From Candidatus Shapirobacteria bacterium GW2011_GWF2_37_20 (GTDB taxonomy: Bacteria > Patescibacteriota > Microgenomatia > UBA12405): a DNA stretch of 64,000 nt. The stretch spans positions 40,411-104,410 of the forward strand of contig LBTB01000002.1 of the NCBI GenBank assembly GCA_000989305.1, written 5' to 3'. The position numbers and the translations under genes are program-made. Under the pieces are notes generated by a model, which had not been told where the DNA came from, did no database searches, and was given only the letters and a program-made list of their open reading frames with translations. This document shows positions 46,867 through 55,452 of this stretch, in pieces. Positions within the stretch are counted from its first letter, which is position 1. Every line of letters begins with the position of its first letter.

Positions 46867-47883
46867 ATGTCAAAAAACTTTAATAACTCTCAGGTTTTTG
46901 AATATTTGACAAATATCGCCACTGCCTACGAAATAAAAAACAAAGGTCGTTTTCGAATTGTAGCTTACGAAAACGCCGCCGACACCGCCCTCACCTATCC
47001 CGAAAATTTGTATGAACTCTGGCGAAAAAATCCAAACAGTCTCGATTCAATCCCCAACATCGGTCCTTCAATCCTAAAAAAAATTGATTATCTATTCCGC
47101 TATCAAAAACCTTACCCCAAACTTAAAATTATATTTAAAAATATTCATCCCGCCGTTTTTACCTTCACTAAAATTAACGGTATAGGTCCCCTAATTGCCC
47201 ACAAACTTACTCAAACTTTAAAGTTTTCAAAAAATCCCACCAAAGCCCTGGATCAACTAATTTCCTATTGCCAAAAAGGAAAAATAAAAAATATTCCCTC
47301 CTTTGGCGAGAAATCTGAGGAATCAATTTTAAACAACACTTTATCTTTTCTTGGCCGCCAGAGCCGTATGCCTTTAAAAAAGGCTCAAATATTGGCTGAT
47401 AAAATTATTCAGTATCTCCATCACCGTTTCCCAAATATTGAATTTATTCCCCTAGGTTCTCTTCGCCGCCAATCAGATAGCGTCGGCGACATTGACATTG
47501 CCGCCGCCGCTGTAAATTCTCAAGAAATTATCGACTACTTTCTTCAATATCCTGATATTATCCAGGTTATTGCCGAAGGTAAAAACAAAGCCAGTCTCCG
47601 GCTACTCCATGATATCCACGTCGATTTAATGATAAAACCACCTTCTTCCTTTGGCTCCCTACTTCAACACTTTACCGGTTCCCGTCAACACAACATTCTT
47701 CTTCGCCGTCACGCCCTAAAACTTGGCTATTCTGTATCAGAATACGGAATTAAAGACCTAAAAACCGGCATTATCCATCAATTCGACAATGAAAAAAAAT
47801 TTTATAACTTCCTTCATCTAAAATATATTCCGCCCAAAGACAGGCTGGGGGAACTTGAACTAGAAAAGTTTAAAATGCTATAA
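46867..47883 (+). CDS. polX: DNA polymerase X family protein lacking a PHP domain
   Basis: FRIVAYENAA, HhH motifs, GSLRR, GDID, VDL, LQHFTGSRQHN, SEYG. Confidence 0.9.
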   Translation: MSKNFNNSQVFEYLTNIATAYEIKNKGRFRIVAYENAADTALTYPENLYELWRKNPNSLDSIPNIGPSILKKIDYLFRYQKPYPKLKIIFKNIHPAVFTFTKINGIGPLIAHKLTQTLKFSKNPTKALDQLISYCQKGKIKNIPSFGEKSEESILNNTLSFLGRQSRMPLKKAQILADKIIQYLHHRFPNIEFIPLGSLRRQSDSVGDIDIAAAAVNSQEIIDYFLQYPDIIQVIAEGKNKASLRLLHDIHVDLMIKPPSSFGSLLQHFTGSRQHNILLRRHALKLGYSVSEYGIKDLKTGIIHQFDNEKKFYNFLHLKYIPPKDRLGELELEKFKML

Positions 47884-47890
47884 TTAATCC

Positions 47891-48472
47891 ATGATTATAC
47901 CTATCATTGTAATAGCCGCAATTGTTTTCTATTTAATTGCCTTTTTTAATGGCCTAAGAACTACTGAGGTCCAAATTGGTGCCGCCATTCAGGAGATCGG
48001 CAACCAACTAAAACGTCAAAGTCAACTCATCCCTAATCTTATTGAATCCGTAAAAGGTTACATGAAACACGAAAAAGGCATTTTTGAAGATTTAACTTCT
48101 GCCAGAAAAATGATTGACCAAGCCATTGCCTCACAGGATCCTAAATCTATTGACGCCGCTCAAGCCCTGTTAACTAAAACCATGGGCTCCATTAGAGTTA
48201 TCGCTGAATCAAATCCTCAAATTCAAGCTTCGAATTTAGTCGGCAATATGATGGAAGAACTTCGTGATACTGCCGATAAAATTATGTATGCCCGACGTAC
48301 CTTTATCGACCTCTCTGCTGATTTTAACGTCAAAATTAGCACTATTCCCGGAGTCTGGTTAGCCCCTCTTTTTGGTTTTAAGAAAAAATCCGGCTTAGAA
48401 ACTCCTCAAGATAGTCATATTACCTCTGTTTCTGAAGGCGAAACCAAAAATCCTGAAGTCAAGCTCAATTAA
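47891..48472 (+). CDS. lemA: LemA family protein
   Basis: QLKRQSQLIPNLIESVKGYMKHEK, AESNPQIQAS, DKIMYARR. Confidence 0.92.
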   Translation: MIIPIIVIAAIVFYLIAFFNGLRTTEVQIGAAIQEIGNQLKRQSQLIPNLIESVKGYMKHEKGIFEDLTSARKMIDQAIASQDPKSIDAAQALLTKTMGSIRVIAESNPQIQASNLVGNMMEELRDTADKIMYARRTFIDLSADFNVKISTIPGVWLAPLFGFKKKSGLETPQDSHITSVSEGETKNPEVKLN

Positions 48473-48486
48473 TTTTTTCTTTTTCT

Positions 48487-49371
48487 ATGTCTAATTTTTA
48501 TCAACAAGTTAACAGTAATCGCTGGCGCTCTGGATTTATCATTGCCCTGTTTGTTCTTTTTATCATTGGAGCCGGTTACGTTCTCAGCTATTCTTTTGAC
48601 AGTCAATATTTTTTACCCATTGCTATCGCTTATTCAGGCATTTCCGCCTTTGGAAGTTATTTTTTAGGGGACAAAATTGTTTTAGCCTTAAACAAGGCTG
48701 TTCCGGCCACCCGTAAAAAATATTTTGACTTCTATACTGTGACTGAAAACCTGAGCTTAGTAGCCAAAATCCCGGCTCCCAAAATATATGTCATTGAAAC
48801 CGAAGCTATGAATGCCTTTGCCACCGGCCGTAACCCCCAACACGCTGTTGTCTGCGCCACCACCGGTCTGTTAAACAAACTTAACCGAACCGAATTAGAA
48901 GGTGTCATCGCCCACGAACTTTCCCATATTAAAAATTATGACATTCTTCTTATGACTGTTGTTTCCGTTCTCATCGGCACCCTCTCAATCTTAATCAACC
49001 TAACCAGCCGAAGAATGTTTTTTGGAGGAGGGGATAACCGCGACCGAAATAATAGCTCTGGAATCTTTGCTGTCATTGGTATTGCCATGATTATTTTTGC
49101 CCCCCTAATCGCCCAATTAATTCAATTAGCTATTTCCCGCCGTCGTGAATATTTTGCCGATGCTTCAAGTGTTTCATTTACCCGTCAACCCTCTGGTCTT
49201 ATTAGTGCTTTACAAAAAATTAATGCTGACCCCACTCCTTTTGCCCAAGCATCAACCGCCACCGCATCACTATATATTTCCAATCCTTTCAAAGGCAAAA
49301 AATTTGCCTCCATGTTCTCAACCCACCCCCCTGTTGAAGACCGTATTCGTGCCCTGGAAACCATGATGTAA
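48487..49371 (+). CDS. htpX: Zinc metalloprotease HtpX (M48)
   Basis: NAFATGRNP, ELEGVIAHELSH, SRRREYFAD, FSTHPPVEDRI. Confidence 0.95.
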   Translation: MSNFYQQVNSNRWRSGFIIALFVLFIIGAGYVLSYSFDSQYFLPIAIAYSGISAFGSYFLGDKIVLALNKAVPATRKKYFDFYTVTENLSLVAKIPAPKIYVIETEAMNAFATGRNPQHAVVCATTGLLNKLNRTELEGVIAHELSHIKNYDILLMTVVSVLIGTLSILINLTSRRMFFGGGDNRDRNNSSGIFAVIGIAMIIFAPLIAQLIQLAISRRREYFADASSVSFTRQPSGLISALQKINADPTPFAQASTATASLYISNPFKGKKFASMFSTHPPVEDRIRALETMM

Positions 49372-49389
49372 TCTGATATACTCCAAATT

Positions 49390-49857
49390 GTGTACCAAAA
49401 AGAGCTCGAACCCAGAATTAAAAAAATTCTTCATGCCACCACCCTTGCTACAGTCACCAGCATTTTAGTCAGTATGGAAAACGTAAAACTTGTGGCGCCA
49501 ATACCTGGAAACGATTGGGAATTATGTAGCAATCTAACTCAAGAAGGTTTCAATCAAATCGTTGATGCTACCCGACTCGGTCTCACCCATCTTCTGAAAC
49601 AGGCCAGAATAAACTTGCCCTCATATATACAAATTAATGAAAATGTTATCGCCAACTCATTGGTTGAGGATGCCGGATTACCTCTGATTAGAAAGATTGA
49701 AAATCAGGAAATTGAAATTAAATTCGTCGGTCCTCAACCACTAATAAAACAACTTAATTCATATCTTGATCCTCAAAAATATCATGCCACGCAGATCAGA
49801 CGCATGGAACTTAACCCCATCGCACTCGTTTTTGAATCTCCAGATCACCTTAACTAG
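49390..49857 (+). CDS. Hypothetical protein
   Basis: 155-aa ORF with GTG start behind a TG-n-TATACT box; no recognised motif. Confidence 0.55.
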   Translation: MYQKELEPRIKKILHATTLATVTSILVSMENVKLVAPIPGNDWELCSNLTQEGFNQIVDATRLGLTHLLKQARINLPSYIQINENVIANSLVEDAGLPLIRKIENQEIEIKFVGPQPLIKQLNSYLDPQKYHATQIRRMELNPIALVFESPDHLN

Positions 49858-49962
49858 AAATACTTTACCAACAGTGTAATTACCGCATATTATTAGTACA
49901 ACTTGCTTTTGATTTACTTTATCTACATTGAAAAGTGATCATTAAAAATCAATAATTAAGTA

Positions 49963-52900
49963 ATGTCTTTTGTTCACCTTCATCTTCACACCGAATACTC
50001 ACTTCTGGACGGACTCTCCAAAATTAAAAAACTTGTTAATTTAATTAAAGAACAAGGAGGCAACGCCGTTGCCATAACCGATCATGGAAACATGTATGGC
50101 GCCATCGAATTTTATAAAGCCTGTCAAAAAGCAGACATAAAACCCATTATTGGCTGTGAAATTTATACCTGCATCGGACATCGTAGCGAAAAAACTTCTC
50201 AAAACCGCAAAAACAACCACCTAATTCTTCTGGTCAAAGACACTCAGGGTTATAAAAATTTAATGAAACTTGTCAGTATCGGCCATCAAGAAGGCTTTTA
50301 CTACAAACCCCGCATTGACTGGGAAAGTTTGGAAAAATACCACGAGGGTTTAATTTGCCTCAGTGGCTGCGCCGCCGGCGAAGTATCTCAATACCTCATC
50401 AACGGCGAATACAAGAAAGCTAAAGGTACCGCCAAAAAATACCAGGATCTTTTCGGAGAAGACTATTATTTGGAAATCCAACGCCATCCCGGACTTGAAG
50501 AGTTTGACAAAGCCAATGAGGGCCTTATTAAAATTAGCCGGGAATTAGGCATTCCTCTCGTTGCTACAAATGACAGTCATTATCTGAAAAAAGAAGACGC
50601 CTTTGCTCAAGACGTTCTGGTAATGATCAACACCCAGACCAATATCAACACTCCCAACCGTCTAAGTATGGCCAATACTCCCGATTTTTATGTTAAAAGT
50701 CCTCAGGAGATGGAAGAACAGTTTTCTGATTATCCTGAGTCTATAGAAAATACTCAAAAAATTGCCGATAAATGTAATCTTCATCTCGAGTTAGGAAAAT
50801 GGTATTTCCCAAAATTTAAACTTCCAGAAGGTAAAACAGCCGAAGAGGCTTTAACCGAAATGGTTTATAGAACCGCCAAAGAGTATTACGGCAAATTAAA
50901 TTCAGAAGTAAAAGAAAGACTTGAATATGAATTGGATCTAATTTGTACCAAAGGTTATGCCTCATATTTTTTGATCATGCACGACTTTATTGTTTGGTGT
51001 GAACAAAACGACACTCCCACCAACACTCGTGGAAGCGCTGGTGGTTCCCTGGTTTCTTTTGTTTTGGGTATTGTTACTGTAGATCCATTAACTTATGGCC
51101 TTCCTTTCGAACGTTTTTTAAACAAAGACCGCCCCTCTCCCCCTGATATCGACCTTGATATTGCCGATGATCAACGCCAACAAATGCTTTTTCACATCAT
51201 CGAACAATATGGCCACAAATCCTTTGCTCAAATTTGTACTTTTGGAAGAATGATGGCTCGGGGTGCAGTCCGCGATACCGCCAGAGCCCTCGGTTACGAG
51301 TATGCCACCGGCGACAGAATCAGCAAATTAATTCCCATGGGTTCACAAGGCTTCCCCATGAGTATCGATAAGGCTCTCGACACTACCCCCGAATTAAACC
51401 AACTTTATAAAACCGATGCTGATGCTAAAAAAATTATTGATACCGCCAAGCAAATTGAAGGTTGCGCCCGACATATTTCTGTTCATGCCTGTGCTATCGT
51501 GATTTCTCCTACCAGTATCAATGAATTTTCACCCACTCAAGTTGAAGCCGGAGGCGAAAAACCAATCACTCAATATGAAATGCACGCCTGTGAAGATGTT
51601 GGCTTAATAAAATTCGACATTCTCGGAATTAGGAATTTATCTTTCTTGCGCCAGGCCGTCATTAATGTCCGTAAAACCAAAAACATTGACATAAATCTTA
51701 GAAAATTACCCCTCGATAATCCAAAAACATTTGAAATGCTCTCCCGGGGCGACACCATGGGTGTATTTCAATTGGGCGGTGAGGGGATGACTAAATGGTT
51801 AAAAGAACTAAAACCAAATCGGGTTGAAGATTTAATGGCCATGGTAGCTCTTTATCGCCCTGGTCCCATGGCAATTATCCCTGAATATATTGCCCGAAAA
51901 AAAGATCCGAGTAAAATCGAATATTTTGATCCCAAAATGGAAAAGTTCTTGAAAAATTCTTACGGCCTTTTGGTTTATCAAGATGATTGTTTGTACACCG
52001 CTATCGAACTTGCCGGTTATAACTGGACCGAAGTTGACAAATTTAGAAAAGCCATTGGTAAAAAAATTCCCGAAGAAATGGCGGCTCAAAAAGAAAAATT
52101 TATCGACGGTTGCATTAAAAATGGCTATACCAAGAAAAAAGCTGAAGAAATTTTTAAACTAATTGAACCCTTCACCTCCTATGGTTTCAACAAAGCCCAC
52201 GCCGCTTCATATGGCATGTTGGCCTATCGAACCGCCTACATGAAAGCCAACTATCCCGTGGAATATATGTGCGCCCTCTTAACTGCCGAATCCGGAGATA
52301 TTGAAAAAATTAGCGCTGGTATCGAGGAATGCCGAAATTTAGGCATTATAGTCTCATCACCCGACATAAACACCTCCCACAAGGCTTTCGAATTTGAAAA
52401 AAATGAGACCTCACTTGGTGGTTTATCTATTCGGGTCGGTTTATCTGCTATCAAAAATGTCGGAGATATCGCCATTGATTTAATCATCAAAGAACGGGAC
52501 GAAAATGGACCTTTTAAATCTTTCAATGATTTCTGCCTTCGGGTTAATAGTCAAAAAGTAAATAAAAAAGTCATTGAAAGTCTGGTTAAAGTTGGCGCCT
52601 TTGATCAGTTTGGGGAAAGAAATGCCATATTAGCCGCCATCGACGAAATTAGAAACAAATGTAGCAAACAAAATGACAATAAAAACTCCGGACAATCCGG
52701 ACTTTTTGATACTTCTGACAACACCACTTTAATTCCACAGGACATTTTTCCCGAGGTTACTCCCATGCCTGAAAAAGAAAAATTAGCCCAGGAAAAAATG
52801 CTTTTAGGAATTTACGTTACTGAAAACCCAACCAGTAAAATTTTAGATCCGTTTCGCGAAGCAAGTCTGCCAAAAATTAACGAAATTTTAAACAAAAATG

Positions 52901-53364
52901 GCAACGAAACAGTAAAATTTGCCGCCGTTCTTCATAAATTTAAAGTAATCCACACTAAAAAAAATAATGCCGCCATGGCTTTTCTCACTTTCGATGATGG
53001 CACCGGCCAGATTGAAGGAGTTATCTTCCCCCAAGCCTTTGAAACCTATAAAAACATCATTGAAGAAAATAGGGGACTCTACATCGAAGGTAAAATCTCA
53101 ATTCGCGACGATAACAAATCTGTCCTAGTTGATTCTCTTTCTGAAACTCTTCCCAAAAATATTAAAAAATACGACTTTATTATCGATGTTCCCGCAGGCA
53201 CTACCCAAGCTCAATTAATGGAACTAAATCAACTCTTAAAAAATCACCAAAATGGCCACCGTGGCCTTATCATCCTACCCAACGGTAAACAAATAACCCT
53301 TTCTTATGGCGTAAATTACAACCCCTCTCTTCAAGAAAAAATTAGCCAAATATTAACTAAATAG
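49963..53364 (+). CDS. dnaE: DNA polymerase III alpha subunit
   Basis: FVHLHLHTEYSLLDG PHP domain, RGSAGGS, PDIDLD, GLIKFDILG, YGFNKAHA, C-terminal OB fold. Confidence 0.97.
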   Translation: MSFVHLHLHTEYSLLDGLSKIKKLVNLIKEQGGNAVAITDHGNMYGAIEFYKACQKADIKPIIGCEIYTCIGHRSEKTSQNRKNNHLILLVKDTQGYKNLMKLVSIGHQEGFYYKPRIDWESLEKYHEGLICLSGCAAGEVSQYLINGEYKKAKGTAKKYQDLFGEDYYLEIQRHPGLEEFDKANEGLIKISRELGIPLVATNDSHYLKKEDAFAQDVLVMINTQTNINTPNRLSMANTPDFYVKSPQEMEEQFSDYPESIENTQKIADKCNLHLELGKWYFPKFKLPEGKTAEEALTEMVYRTAKEYYGKLNSEVKERLEYELDLICTKGYASYFLIMHDFIVWCEQNDTPTNTRGSAGGSLVSFVLGIVTVDPLTYGLPFERFLNKDRPSPPDIDLDIADDQRQQMLFHIIEQYGHKSFAQICTFGRMMARGAVRDTARALGYEYATGDRISKLIPMGSQGFPMSIDKALDTTPELNQLYKTDADAKKIIDTAKQIEGCARHISVHACAIVISPTSINEFSPTQVEAGGEKPITQYEMHACEDVGLIKFDILGIRNLSFLRQAVINVRKTKNIDINLRKLPLDNPKTFEMLSRGDTMGVFQLGGEGMTKWLKELKPNRVEDLMAMVALYRPGPMAIIPEYIARKKDPSKIEYFDPKMEKFLKNSYGLLVYQDDCLYTAIELAGYNWTEVDKFRKAIGKKIPEEMAAQKEKFIDGCIKNGYTKKKAEEIFKLIEPFTSYGFNKAHAASYGMLAYRTAYMKANYPVEYMCALLTAESGDIEKISAGIEECRNLGIIVSSPDINTSHKAFEFEKNETSLGGLSIRVGLSAIKNVGDIAIDLIIKERDENGPFKSFNDFCLRVNSQKVNKKVIESLVKVGAFDQFGERNAILAAIDEIRNKCSKQNDNKNSGQSGLFDTSDNTTLIPQDIFPEVTPMPEKEKLAQEKMLLGIYVTENPTSKILDPFREASLPKINEILNKNGNETVKFAAVLHKFKVIHTKKNNAAMAFLTFDDGTGQIEGVIFPQAFETYKNIIEENRGLYIEGKISIRDDNKSVLVDSLSETLPKNIKKYDFIIDVPAGTTQAQLMELNQLLKNHQNGHRGLIILPNGKQITLSYGVNYNPSLQEKISQILTK

Positions 53365-53560
53365 GTCGTATATATTTTATTGATCTCTCGCAATTACGTG
53401 AGATAATCTCCCCACAATTGGAAAGACAAAACACTTTCCAATATTCTGTTGGATCAGGGTGTCCTCTTAAAATTATTTTATTTCTTACACCTATTCCAAC
53501 TTCACACCCCACACATACTTGTGGATTTGTAGAATATTTACAATATTTTTCTTCTGTCAT
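53357..53560 (-). CDS. Small Cys-rich hypothetical protein
   Basis: 67 aa with 6 Cys including CVGC and CLSNC. Confidence 0.5.
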   Translation of the reverse strand: MTEEKYCKYSTNPQVCVGCEVGIGVRNKIILRGHPDPTEYWKVFCLSNCGEIISRNCERSIKYIRPI

Positions 53561-53583
53561 ATTTTTAAAATATTAATTTTGGC

Positions 53584-53614
53584 AAAAAAAATCCCCAATG
53601 AAATTCATGAGAAC
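53584..53614 (-). terminator. Probable intrinsic terminator
   Basis: Minus strand GTTCTCATGAATTTCATTGGGGAT followed by a T-run. Confidence 0.55.
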
Positions 53615-53643
53615 TTAATTCAACTCAAATACTAAAATTTAGA

Positions 53644-53847
53644 CTAAAAGGTTTGAAAAAGGCCGCGAATTACACGTGCCTTTTCAACCCGTCTGGGTTT
53701 ATAGGGAGACAACCACGACGCGCACACTACTTTCTCCCTATTTGTCCCCGAGGAAGACACCGGATACTCACATTCGTGTAATTCTGTAGAGTTTTTTATT
53801 TTTTCACCTTCTCCTCTAACTATTATCCCATTAAATAATAATTCCAC
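53644..53847 (-). CDS. Small hypothetical protein
   Basis: GTG start preceded by GGAGGTGA Shine-Dalgarno (53855-53862). Confidence 0.55.
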   Translation of the reverse strand: MELLFNGIIVRGEGEKIKNSTELHECEYPVSSSGTNREKVVCASWLSPYKPRRVEKARVIRGLFQTF

Positions 53848-53882
53848 TATAATTTCACCTCCAATTATAAATATTTAAAAAC

Positions 53883-54215
53883 CTACGTTTTTTGTCCATT
53901 GTTTGTTTTTTTGCTTCTAGTATTCCTTCTTTCAATCGTCTTATTTAACCAAATATTTTCTTTTGTATTTTCCGGAAGAGAATCGACCCCCAAGTCCTTA
54001 CATTTTCGTTCATACATATATGCAGCTTCCTGAAAATCTTCATCAATGTCTCCAGACTTAACCTCATTAACTGCAGTACTTATTAAATTAAGTTGAATTC
54101 GACTTAATTCCTCTCTACTAATCAGACCCATATTAATTCTAGTTCTTATGACAAGTAGTTCCTCTCTACTGTAATATTTTTCTCTTCCCTCTCTTTCTAT
54201 CCCATTCACTACCAT
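53883..54215 (-). CDS. Hypothetical protein
   Basis: 110 aa; GGAGGT Shine-Dalgarno at 54221-54226. Confidence 0.6.
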   Translation of the reverse strand: MVVNGIEREGREKYYSREELLVIRTRINMGLISREELSRIQLNLISTAVNEVKSGDIDEDFQEAAYMYERKCKDLGVDSLPENTKENIWLNKTIERRNTRSKKTNNGQKT

Positions 54216-54230
54216 CTTCTACCTCCATCT

Positions 54231-54290
54231 AAAAAAAATCCCCTAAACAGGGAATTAAGTAAAGTTAAAAAAAAACCGCCCTCCGGCGGC
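54231..54290 (-). terminator. Two tandem intrinsic terminator-like hairpins
   Basis: Minus strand CCGCC-GGAG-GGCGG plus T-run, then AATTCCCT-GTTT-AGGGGATT plus T-run. Confidence 0.7.
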
Positions 54291-54449
54291 GTAGTATCAA
54301 ATTGTATGTATTTGATGTGACTCATGATATAAATTTTTTTATTTTACCCAAATATATCAAATTATTCCTCTAAATATACCTGTATGTTGATTCACGCCCC
54401 GGATTAATATAAAATACCAAAGTTTCTACTAAAAATTTATTAAAATAAA

Positions 54450-54761
54450 ATGGCTATCAAATTCATGCACCAAGATACAGAATTCCACATTGGGGATACT
54501 GTCAAAGTTAACTACAAAATCAAAGAAAAGGATAAAGAAAGACTTCAGGCTTTTGACGGAATCATTTTAGCCATCACCGGATTAGGGGCCAATAAAAACT
54601 TCTTAGTTGCCAAAAATGCTTCTGACGGCATCAGAGTTGAACGTATTTTCCCAATCAACTCACCTTGGATTGAATCTATTAAAAAGCTTCGCAGTCCTAA
54701 GCGTCTTCTTCATCGTGCTAAACTTTATTTCTTGCGCGAACCCCGCGCCAGATCAATTTAA
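54450..54761 (+). CDS. rplS: 50S ribosomal protein L19
   Basis: FHIGDTVKV..KIKE..KERLQAFDG, GIRVERIFPINSP, RAKLYFLR. Confidence 0.96.
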   Translation: MAIKFMHQDTEFHIGDTVKVNYKIKEKDKERLQAFDGIILAITGLGANKNFLVAKNASDGIRVERIFPINSPWIESIKKLRSPKRLLHRAKLYFLREPRARSI

Positions 54762-54767
54762 CTATCT

Positions 54768-54842
54768 GGGTCCTTAGCTCAGTGGTAGAGCAGTTGCCTT
54801 TTAAGCAATTGGTCGCGAGTCCGATCCTCGCAGGGCCCACCA
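54768..54842 (+). tRNA. tRNA-Lys(TTT), CCA encoded
   Basis: GGGTCCT...AGGGCCC-A-CCA; GTTGC-CTTTTAA-GCAAT anticodon arm. Confidence 0.95.
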
Positions 54843-54843
54843 A

Positions 54844-55452
54844 GTGAATCTCTACGGCCTAATCATCGGCATTTCAATCGCTATCGGCATTCAATATTTT
54901 TCCAAAAATAATCGCATTATCCCTAAAAACCGCGAGAGCATGTTCCTTTTTGGTTTACTGATTTCCGGGCTATTTGGAGCCAGAATCTATCATGTCATTG
55001 ATCAGTGGTCCTATTATCAAACTCACCCCTCTCTCATCTTTCAAACCTGGCATGGGGGATTAGCTATCTATGGTGCTCTAATTTTCACGACTCTTTTTAT
55101 TTTTATCTACTCTCTTATATCTAAAATCTCGTTTCTTTCAATCTTAGATTCCATCACTCCCATCTTGCCCTTATGCCAGGCCATCGGTAGAGTTGGTAAC
55201 TTTGTCAATAAAGAAATTCCCACTTGGTGGATTGAAGCCTCATTAAATTTACTTCTTTTCTTTCTCCTAAGAAAATCAAAAACACCTACCTCCCATTATT
55301 TAATTGGTTATGGAATTATTCGTTTTTTTGTTGAATTTCTGCGTAGCGATACCTGGCAAATCAGTAATTTTAAAATTGCCCAAATAATCAGTCTTCTTTG
55401 TATATTCTTGGGGCTACTTACTTTGCATCAGTCTCGTCGAATAAGGAATTAG
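54844..55452 (+). CDS. lgt: Prolipoprotein diacylglyceryl transferase (short form)
   Basis: YGL, GARIYHV, WHGGLAIYG, QAIGRVGNFVNKE, YGIIRFFVEFLR. Confidence 0.92.
   Translation: MNLYGLIIGISIAIGIQYFSKNNRIIPKNRESMFLFGLLISGLFGARIYHVIDQWSYYQTHPSLIFQTWHGGLAIYGALIFTTLFIFIYSLISKISFLSILDSITPILPLCQAIGRVGNFVNKEIPTWWIEASLNLLLFFLLRKSKTPTSHYLIGYGIIRFFVEFLRSDTWQISNFKIAQIISLLCIFLGLLTLHQSRRIRN

Noticed and set aside
49858-49962. Possible NrdR box or structured RNA upstream of dnaE
   Set aside because: Only weak AT-rich resemblance; no convincing palindrome or stem.
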